Below, one piece after another: positions 1-5,682 of a stretch of DNA of 64,000 nt. Location: contig CAYWXI010000026.1 of assembly GCA_964462015.1 (NCBI GenBank), forward strand, positions 233 to 64,232, written 5' to 3'. The translations under genes and the position numbers were made by a program. This DNA comes from an uncultured Bacteroidales bacterium. GTDB taxonomy: Bacteria > Bacteroidota > Bacteroidia > Bacteroidales > JAEINX01. A model generated the notes under the pieces. The model was not told the origin of the DNA. It searched no databases and saw nothing but the letters and a program-made list of their open reading frames with translations. Each line of letters opens with the position of its first letter. Within the stretch, counting starts at the first letter, position 1.

Positions 1-1
1 T

Positions 2-154
2 CAAAAGAAAGCAAAAGAAATCATTGAAGAACGAGAGAAAATAATTGCATCAAATAGAGATAGCGAAATATTCTTCGATGCTATTTCAAATCCTGACAAA
101 CCAAACAAGGAATTGCTTTCAGCAGCAAAAGAATTTAATTCTTTGCTTTCATAA
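2..154 (+). CDS. DUF1778 (TacA-like) antitoxin, C-terminal part; the 5' end lies outside the window
   Basis: The frame is open from the window edge and translates to QKKAKEIIEEREKIIASNRDSEIFFDAISNPDKPNKELLSAAKEFNSLLS*. Its TAA overlaps the ATG of the downstream GNAT gene (TAATG at 152-156), the usual TacA-TacT layout. Confidence 0.7.
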   Translation, partial: QKKAKEIIEEREKIIASNRDSEIFFDAISNPDKPNKELLSAAKEFNSLLS

Positions 155-657
155 TGGAGCAATTAACAGAGGTTCTAAACCCAAAACACAGAAAAAAAGA
201 TTTTTCGTGTGGCAAGGATATTCTTGACAAGTATCTTCATCAACAGGCTAGTCAAGATATAAAACGAAAACTTTCAGTTTGTTTTGTGCTAACAGACTCA
301 AATTCAGAAATCATAAAGGGATACTACACTCTATCTAACAATAGTATATCTCAAGAATTTGTACCATTAAAGTTAAGGAAAAGACTTCCGAGCTCATACT
401 CTTCAATTCCAGTGACTTTACTTGGAAGATTAGCAATAGAAAAGAAATTTCAGAGAAAAGGTGTCGGTAAAATATTACTAATTGACGCTTTAAAAAGATG
501 TTATGAAATTTCAAAGAGTATTGGTTCTTATGCAGTAATTGTAGACCCATTAGATAATGATGCTGAAACATTTTATGGAAAATATGGTTTTATAAAATTA
601 CCAGACAGTGGAAAAATGTTTTTGACCATGATAACAATTAAGAGTCTATTTGAATAA
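154..657 (+). CDS. GNAT-family acetyltransferase toxin (TacT-like) of a type II TA pair
   Basis: 167 aa. It has a GNAT core (RLAIEKKFQRKGVGKILLIDAL, ETFYGKYGF) and is translationally coupled to the upstream DUF1778 ORF. Confidence 0.8.
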   Translation: MEQLTEVLNPKHRKKDFSCGKDILDKYLHQQASQDIKRKLSVCFVLTDSNSEIIKGYYTLSNNSISQEFVPLKLRKRLPSSYSSIPVTLLGRLAIEKKFQRKGVGKILLIDALKRCYEISKSIGSYAVIVDPLDNDAETFYGKYGFIKLPDSGKMFLTMITIKSLFE

Positions 658-666
658 AAATACTGT

Positions 667-725
667 GCCCAATAAATAGGCAGGATTATTCGGCGAAGCC
701 GCATTAATCTTGCCTAATGTTGGAC
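667..725 (+). other. Short attC-like site S1 (59 bp)
   Basis: Sequence is GCCCAAT-AAATA-GGCAGGATTA...TAATCTTGCC-TAAT-GTTGGAC. It is an imperfect palindrome with an inner CGGC-GAA-GCCG hairpin. The right end fits GTTRRRY. It starts 10 bp after the GNAT stop. Confidence 0.55.
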
Positions 726-1186
726 TATTACCCGTTTTTGGAGACTCATGTGTTTTCAATTGAGAAGTTTGGTTTTTCCGGGGAGAATGTTCCGGGAATT
801 GTTCACCGTGGAATGCTTTTGGTGAAGTAAAACCGTTAATTTTTCACTTGTGATCTTGTGATTTTCCATAAATCTGTTCGTAAACCAAATACCACTTTAA
901 TCCTTTCTGATAAACCGGGAAGGTGTAAATCTCATCTGTCGAGATATTCCGGGGATGTTTGTTGTAATACTCTATCAGACGCTTTGGCCCGTTAAGGTAA
1001 CTTATTATGGTTCGAGATGCAAGATTCTCTATCACCATACGTTGACGCATTTTTTCGAGAAGTGCATCTACTCCTTTTGATTTTAAAATACTTTTTTTGA
1101 CATAATACAAATTTTTTAATTTATCGAAATAAGTATAAACATTTTTTCTAACTTAGCCCCCCATGAAAGGGTTTAGTTCAACAGCA
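674..1186. repeat. Direct repeat copy 1 of a ~515-bp module (inner attC part + spacer + reverse int-N ORF + left arm of the long palindrome)
   Basis: Aligns by eye with 2533-3056. Positions 1047-1186 versus 2917-3056 showed no differences that I could see; the remainder is roughly 80 percent similar with small indels. Confidence 0.85.
844..1110 (-). CDS. Stand-alone tyrosine-recombinase N-terminal (SAM-like) domain protein, copy 1
   Basis: 88 aa with an apparent TTG start. The pattern LLEKMRQRMVIENLASRTIISYLNGPKRLIEYYNKHPRNISTDEIYTF matches the N-terminal helix bundle of Xer/IntI-type recombinases (LL..R..i......RT...Y......f......HP......ei..f). No catalytic domain follows in any frame. Confidence 0.55.
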   Translation of the reverse strand: MYYVKKSILKSKGVDALLEKMRQRMVIENLASRTIISYLNGPKRLIEYYNKHPRNISTDEIYTFPVYQKGLKWYLVYEQIYGKSQDHK

Positions 1187-1307
1187 AATCATAGCCCATA
1201 GCCGCTTTAGTGCTACCAAGACAAATGAGTATAAGCATAAACATACGATTAATCAAGAAACAAACTGCAAGTGAACGGCTACGGGCCATATTTGCAACAC
1301 GTTACCG
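1176..1307 (+). other. Long attC-like site L1 (132 bp)
   Basis: Left arm GTTCAACAGCAAATCATAGCCCATAGCCGC pairs with right arm GAACGGCTACGGGCCATATTTGCAACACGTTACCG. GTTCAAC fits RYYYAAC. The right end is GTT followed by the start of the next cassette. Confidence 0.6.
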
Positions 1308-1323
1308 CCAAGCAAGCCCCAAT

Positions 1324-1418
1324 GCGGAGAATGAAACAAGTATTCCGGGCAAAATTTGCGGAGAAAATAGCTTTTGCGGAGAATAAGCAGTATATTTGTC
1401 GCTTAATTTGCGGAGAAT
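1324..1418 (+). promoter_or_regulatory. Four direct GCGGAGAA(T/A) boxes upstream of and overlapping the Fic start codon
   Basis: GCGGAGAAT at 1324, GCGGAGAAA at 1358, GCGGAGAAT at 1376 and GCGGAGAAT at 1410, the last one containing the ATG at 1417. Spacing is 34/18/34 bp. Confidence 0.35.
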
Positions 1419-2538
1419 GAAAATTTACATACACGAAAAAGAAAACTGGACGGACTTCACTTGGGATAATAGACAAGTTATGTTAAAACTTGGAGAGGCA
1501 AGGAACCTGCAGGGAAAACTAATGGGTAAAATGGAATCCATAGGCTTTGATTTACAGGATGAAGCCGTATTGAATACACTAACTTTGGATGTTTTAAAAT
1601 CATTTGAAATTGAGGGTGATTATTTAGACAAAGTGCAAGTTCGGTCATCCATAGCAAAACGGCTTGGAATTGATATTGCAGGAGCGGTAGAATCAGAACG
1701 ACACGTTGAAGGTATAGTTGAGATGATGCTAAACGCCACACAACATTATGACTTACCCTTAACAAAAAACAGGCTGTTTGGATGGCATGCAGCACTATTC
1801 CCATCAGGCTGGAGTAATCTTTATAAAATAACTGTTGCTGATTGGAGAAAAGATACTACAGGGCCGATGCAGGTAGTTTCTGGTCCAATGGGGAAAGAAA
1901 AAGTTCATTTTCAGGCACCAAATTCTGACAGGGTAAAATTTGAAATGGAAGAATTCTTACAATGGCTTGAAGGCAAAACTGACATAGATTTAGTCCTTCA
2001 GGCAGCCATTGCACACTTATGGTTTGTGACAATTCATCCTTTTGATGATGGAAATGGAAGAATTGCAAGGGCCATCACCGATATGATATTGGCACGTTCA
2101 GACAATAGTAAGAGACGGTTTTATAGTATGTCTGCTCAAATCAGGATTGAAAGGAAACAGTATTATGAGAATCTTGAAAAAACACAAAAAGGTGATTCGG
2201 ACATTACAGAATGGATTCTATGGTTTTTACAATGTTTAATAAATTCAATTGAATCTACAGATGTTACTTTGTCCAGAATACTTTATAAAGCTGAATTTTG
2301 GAAGTTTCATTCCACTACAATTTTAAACGCAAGACAACAAAAAATAATAAAAAGACTACTCGATGGGTTTGATGGAAAGCTGACAACATCAAAATGGGGA
2401 AAAATTAATAAATGTTCACAAGACACAGCGCTTCGAGACATTCAAGACTTAATTCAAAAAAATATTTTAAGAAAGGAAGCAAGTGGAGGAAGAAGTACAA
2501 ACTATGAATTAGTAGAATTGCCAGGCGGTAACAAATAG
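1417..2538 (+). CDS. Fic family protein (AMPylase-type, with a Fic/DOC N-terminal domain)
   Basis: Contains the HPFDDGNGRIARA motif (HxFx[DE]GNGRxxR). The N-terminus MKIYIHEKENWTDFTWD is typical of this family. The track start at 1396 is a TTG, so the ATG at 1417 is preferred. Confidence 0.85.
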   Translation: MKIYIHEKENWTDFTWDNRQVMLKLGEARNLQGKLMGKMESIGFDLQDEAVLNTLTLDVLKSFEIEGDYLDKVQVRSSIAKRLGIDIAGAVESERHVEGIVEMMLNATQHYDLPLTKNRLFGWHAALFPSGWSNLYKITVADWRKDTTGPMQVVSGPMGKEKVHFQAPNSDRVKFEMEEFLQWLEGKTDIDLVLQAAIAHLWFVTIHPFDDGNGRIARAITDMILARSDNSKRRFYSMSAQIRIERKQYYENLEKTQKGDSDITEWILWFLQCLINSIESTDVTLSRILYKAEFWKFHSTTILNARQQKIIKRLLDGFDGKLTTSKWGKINKCSQDTALRDIQDLIQKNILRKEASGGRSTNYELVELPGGNK

Positions 2539-2601
2539 ACAGGATTATTCGGCGCAGCCGCATTAATCTTGTTCCTGAGGCCTCGGGATTGAACGTTACC
2601 C
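2524..2601 (+). other. Short attC-like site S2
   Basis: Sequence is GGCGGTAAC-AAATA-GACAGGATTA...TAATCTTGT...ATTGAAC-GTTACCC. The left end overlaps the Fic stop codon and is the exact reverse complement of GTTACCGCC at 1301-1309. The inner part is near-identical to S1. Confidence 0.6.
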
Positions 2602-3056
2602 GATTTTGGAGACTACTATGTGTTTTCAATTGCTAAGTTTGGTTTTGCGGGGAGGGATTATCCGGAGATTTTTCACCGTGGAATGTTTATGGTGAGGTAA
2701 AACTTATTATTTTTCAATTATGATGTTGTGATTTTCCATAAATCTACCCGTAAACCAAATACCACTTTAATCCTTTCTGATAAACCGGGAAGGTGTAGAT
2801 ATCATCTGTCGTGATTTTCCGCGGATGTTTGTTGTAATACTCTATCAGGCGTTTCGGCCCGTTTAAATAACTGATGATAGTTCGTGGCAAAAGGTTCTCA
2901 ATCACCATACGTTGACGCGTTTTTTCGAGAAGTGCATCTACTCCTTTTGATTTTAAAATACTTTTTTTGACATAATACAAATTTTTTAATTTATCGAAAT
3001 AAGTATAAACATTTTTTCTAACTTAGCCCCCCATGAAAGGGTTTAGTTCAACAGCA
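2533..3056. repeat. Direct repeat copy 2 of the ~515-bp module
   Basis: See copy 1 (674-1186). Confidence 0.85.
2744..2980 (-). CDS. Stand-alone tyrosine-recombinase N-terminal (SAM-like) domain protein, copy 2
   Basis: 78 aa paralog of 844-1110. In the codons for T-I-I-S-Y-L-N-G-P-K-R the two copies differ at 9 nucleotides and all are synonymous (ACC/ACT, ATA/ATC twice, TAC/TAT, CTT/TTA, CCA/CCG, AAG/AAA, CGT/CGC). Confidence 0.55.
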   Translation of the reverse strand: MYYVKKSILKSKGVDALLEKTRQRMVIENLLPRTIISYLNGPKRLIEYYNKHPRKITTDDIYTFPVYQKGLKWYLVYG

Positions 3057-3177
3057 CCTCATAGCACATGGCCACATTTGAGTCATCAAGAAAAATGAAT
3101 AGTAAATTAAACATACAGGAAATCAACATAAATTTGAGTAGCAAACGGCCACGTGCCATAGCTGCAACACGTTGACA
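3046..3177 (+). other. Long attC-like site L2 (132 bp)
   Basis: Left arm GTTCAACAGCACCTCATAGCACATGGCCAC pairs with right arm AAACGGCCACGTGCCATAGCTGCAACACGTTGACA. The arm sequences differ from L1 but pairing is retained (covariation). Confidence 0.6.
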
Positions 3178-3252
3178 ATCATTAAAATGATAATTATTAA
3201 AGGCGGAACCCGAAAGCCTATAAAGTAGGGATAAAATTAAAATCAATTTACA

Positions 3253-3825
3253 ATGAAAAAAATTATATTTAGTTTAATTATGGCTTTACTATCAACAATT
3301 TGCTTTGCACAAGAGAAGGGCACAAATGACATCTCATGTGGAGTCGGTTTTGCAACGACTAATGATCTTTTAAATTCTGTCGATGACATTATTTCAGATA
3401 TCTTTGGAGTATCTACCGCCAACATTTCGGCCACACCTGCAATCAGTTTAACATATAAGTATACTATTATGAATGATTGGCTATTATATGCAGATGGGAT
3501 TTATCAAACTATTAATAACGATCTTATAAAGCATGACACAATTATAGGTAATGCAAATAACAGATACTACACAATTGGATTTGGAACTGAATATCATTAT
3601 ATAAATAAGGATTGGTTTCAAATGTATTCAGGTGTAAGTTTAGCCTACACTTATCAAAATTCTAATTTTTCACAGTCATCAAACATTAAAGACGACACTG
3701 ACAACTATTTTAACTTTCAGGTTAATGCGGTAGGTCTTCGATTTGGAAAGCAACTTGCCGGAGTACTTGAATTAGGATTTGGGTATAAAGGAATTGCGAA
3801 TTTTGGTGTTTCTTATCAATTCTAA
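3253..3825 (+). CDS. Small outer-membrane beta-barrel protein (OmpW/porin-family-like)
   Basis: Has a signal peptide (MKKIIFSLIMALLSTICFAQ), alternating aromatic/hydrophobic strands and a C-terminal ...FGVSYQF. It starts 76 bp after L2. Confidence 0.6.
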   Translation: MKKIIFSLIMALLSTICFAQEKGTNDISCGVGFATTNDLLNSVDDIISDIFGVSTANISATPAISLTYKYTIMNDWLLYADGIYQTINNDLIKHDTIIGNANNRYYTIGFGTEYHYINKDWFQMYSGVSLAYTYQNSNFSQSSNIKDDTDNYFNFQVNAVGLRFGKQLAGVLELGFGYKGIANFGVSYQF

Positions 3826-4102
3826 TGTAATAAGAAAAACGATTTCTTTATTTCTCATGAATCTGAAGATAAAGAAAATTTGGCATTAAGTATCAACTGC
3901 TTTACCTTCTATTTGGATACAGCTCACCCACGGATAAAATCATATTATCGTTTTGAGTACCTGGAATTAAATTATATAAATCGAATTCCTTTAGGAACTT
4001 TTTTTAAAAATTTGTCATGAAAATATTTTTTTTATAAATTGCAAAATGATATTTACCGACAAATTTTTTAAAGATCAAACCACCGAGCGATATTGAGGTT
4101 TA

Positions 4103-4223
4103 GTTCAACAGCAAGTATATCACATAGCCGCGTAGCGGTCATTAAGACAAAGAATTGTAAAATTGATAATCGTACCAATCAGATTAAGGAACGGCTACAT
4201 GCCATACTTGCAAAACGTTAGCG
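4103..4223 (+). other. Long attC-like site L3 (121 bp)
   Basis: Left arm GTTCAACAGCAAGTATATCACATAGCCGCG pairs with right arm GGAACGGCTACATGCCATACTTGCAAAACGTTAGCG. It shares the flank GGTTTAGTTCAACAGCA and the ...TGCAAnACGTT end with L1 and L2. Confidence 0.6.
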
Positions 4224-4242
4224 GCAAGGTAATTAAGAGGAC

Positions 4243-4956
4243 ATGAAGGTATTAATCAATAAAGGAAGAAATTATTCTGGAAAATGGAATATTAACTATG
4301 TTTCAGTATCTAATAATATTTGTATAATGGATAACCATCGTGTTGCTTTTTGGTTTTGGATAAATAATTTAAATAAGACAAAAAAATATCGGATTATTCA
4401 TGCAGATAAGCACTTTGTCACTCAGGAAGGTTGCTTGAGTGAATGGAAACCAACTATACCTGAAAACCTTGAAGAATTGACATTGGAACAACTAATGGAA
4501 ATCGGTTATGAAAAAGAAAACTTTTTCTGTAAAACAATTCAATATGATAACTATCTAACGCTTTTTCATGAATATTATTCAGACAATGTTTTTGATTATT
4601 TTTTCTTTACTCATAATGTTGGTAAGTTGCCAACTAAATTAGATCATTTATATAATTGGGGCCCTAATGCACTTATTGAACAATTGCCTGACTTAATTTT
4701 TGATTGCGAAAGTAAATTAATTGTCAATATAGATTTGGATTACTTTTTTGTAAATGGACATATGCTATTATCTGATTATTCAATCAATCATATTCTTAAA
4801 ACTATAAAGAAAGGAATAGACAAAAAGAATGTGGAAATTTTAACCATAGCATTAAGTCCGGAAGATTGTGAAAATTGGACAAAAAGCATATCGTTTTTTA
4901 ACAAATATGTTTCTGAAATTTTAGAAATAGATAAAATTAAAATACCCAGCCGCTAA
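4243..4956 (+). CDS. Hypothetical protein, possibly UPF0489-like (family assignment from memory, uncertain)
   Basis: 237 aa. The motifs MDNHRVAFWFW and NIDLDYFF resemble UPF0489. It starts 20 bp after L3. Its last codons contain GCCGCTAAC, the reverse complement of GTTAGCGGC at 4217-4225. Confidence 0.4.
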   Translation: MKVLINKGRNYSGKWNINYVSVSNNICIMDNHRVAFWFWINNLNKTKKYRIIHADKHFVTQEGCLSEWKPTIPENLEELTLEQLMEIGYEKENFFCKTIQYDNYLTLFHEYYSDNVFDYFFFTHNVGKLPTKLDHLYNWGPNALIEQLPDLIFDCESKLIVNIDLDYFFVNGHMLLSDYSINHILKTIKKGIDKKNVEILTIALSPEDCENWTKSISFFNKYVSEILEIDKIKIPSR

Positions 4957-5027
4957 CATTTTAGGATTTATGGCTCAGTTGGCAAAAAAAAGCAAGAAAG
5001 CTTGAATCTTCTTGCTTTTTGTTTTAT
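4949..5027 (+). other. Terminal short attC-like site S3, overlapping a rho-independent terminator
   Basis: GCCGCTAAC-ATTTT-AGGATT...GAATCTT has the same AGGATT/AATCTT inner boxes as S1 and S2. It is followed by the hairpin AGCAAGAA-(loop)-TTCTTGCT plus TTTTTGTTTT (4991-5027). There is no similarity to array elements to the right of this point. Confidence 0.4.
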
Positions 5028-5274
5028 CAGCAAAAAGCAGGCAAATCTTAAATGTGCAATTCTCCTCCCCTTTTCCGGTTTTTAGGAAAAACATGACGTT
5101 TTCATGCAATTTTTTCTGCTAAAAATCCACTAAAATCACGGTATTTTCGTCCAAAATCAGCAAAAAATGAAAAAAAAATAAAAATTTTTAATTTTTTTTC
5201 GATCCTTATTATACTCATATTCTTAATAATACATTTTTTACAGTATCATGCTATAAATAATAATTAAAAAAATG

Positions 5275-5299
5275 TAGTACTATGTGTTGCATGGTACTA
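5275..5299. promoter_or_regulatory. 25-bp palindrome, candidate PadR operator
   Basis: TAGTACTATG-TGTTG-CATGGTACTA (10-bp arms, 1 mismatch) lies 22 bp upstream of the padR-like ATG. A TATATTTG (TAnnTTTG) box sits at 5309-5316. Confidence 0.35.
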
Positions 5300-5320
5300 A
5301 AAAAGTATTATATTTGTATC

Positions 5321-5674
5321 ATGAATTTAGAAAAAACAAAAGCACAGATGAGGAAAGGAGTACTCGAACTTTGTATCCTTTCAATAATATCGGAAAGCGA
5401 TGTTTATGCTTCTGATATTATCAATAAATTAAAAGAATCGAAATTAATAGTTGTTGAGGGGACATTGTATCCGCTGCTGACAAGGCTGAAAAACGAAGGC
5501 TTTTTAAGTTATCGCTGGGAGGAGTCGAAATCAGGCCCGCCACGAAAATATTATCAAATAACTGAAATCGGGAAAAAGGTTCTTGAGGAACTTAATATGA
5601 ACTGGCAGGAACTTGTTGAAGCAGTTAATAATATAACCATTAAAGAAAATTCTGAAGTAGAAACAAATCAATAA
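5321..5674 (+). CDS. PadR family transcriptional regulator
   Basis: Sequence RKGVLELCILSIISESDVYASDIINKL...GTLYPLLTRLKNEGFLSYRWEES...PRKYYQITEIGK is the PadR winged helix. The ATG at 5321 is preferred over the track start at 5282. Confidence 0.85.
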   Translation: MNLEKTKAQMRKGVLELCILSIISESDVYASDIINKLKESKLIVVEGTLYPLLTRLKNEGFLSYRWEESKSGPPRKYYQITEIGKKVLEELNMNWQELVEAVNNITIKENSEVETNQ

Positions 5675-5682
5675 GATATAAA

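Larger units (their letters stand above)
1..5027 (+). mobile_element. Integron-type gene-cassette array (CALIN-like; no integrase gene inside the window), about 6 cassette-like units
   Basis: Six attC-like imperfect palindromes end in GTT (or a degenerate ATT) and are followed by the next unit. The four ORF-bearing cassettes are read on the + strand and start 20-115 bp after a site. The 9-mer at a cassette start is the reverse complement of that cassette's 3' end in two cases. Cargo (TA pair, Fic, small unknowns) is typical of chromosomal integrons. Confidence 0.6.

Noticed and set aside
45-227. 60-aa ORF overlapping the antitoxin end and toxin start
   Set aside because: It lies out of frame across two well-supported genes and has no recognisable features.
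719-831. 37-aa + strand ORF inside the repeated module (MLDYYPFLETHVFSIEKFGFSGENVPGIVHRGMLLVK), which has a counterpart in copy 2
   Set aside because: Every difference I tallied between the two copies in this frame (about 10 codons) is non-synonymous, and the copies are frame-shifted relative to each other upstream. This is more consistent with non-coding, possibly structured, sequence.
4991-5027. Whether the hairpin after the 4243-4956 ORF is purely a terminator or part of a terminal attC
   Set aside because: Not resolved. The stem plus T-run is a textbook terminator, and the GTT at 5021 is followed by TTTAT, which does not fit GTTRRRY. I kept it as a low-confidence terminal site only because of the shared GCCGCTAAC and AGGATT/AATCTT boxes.
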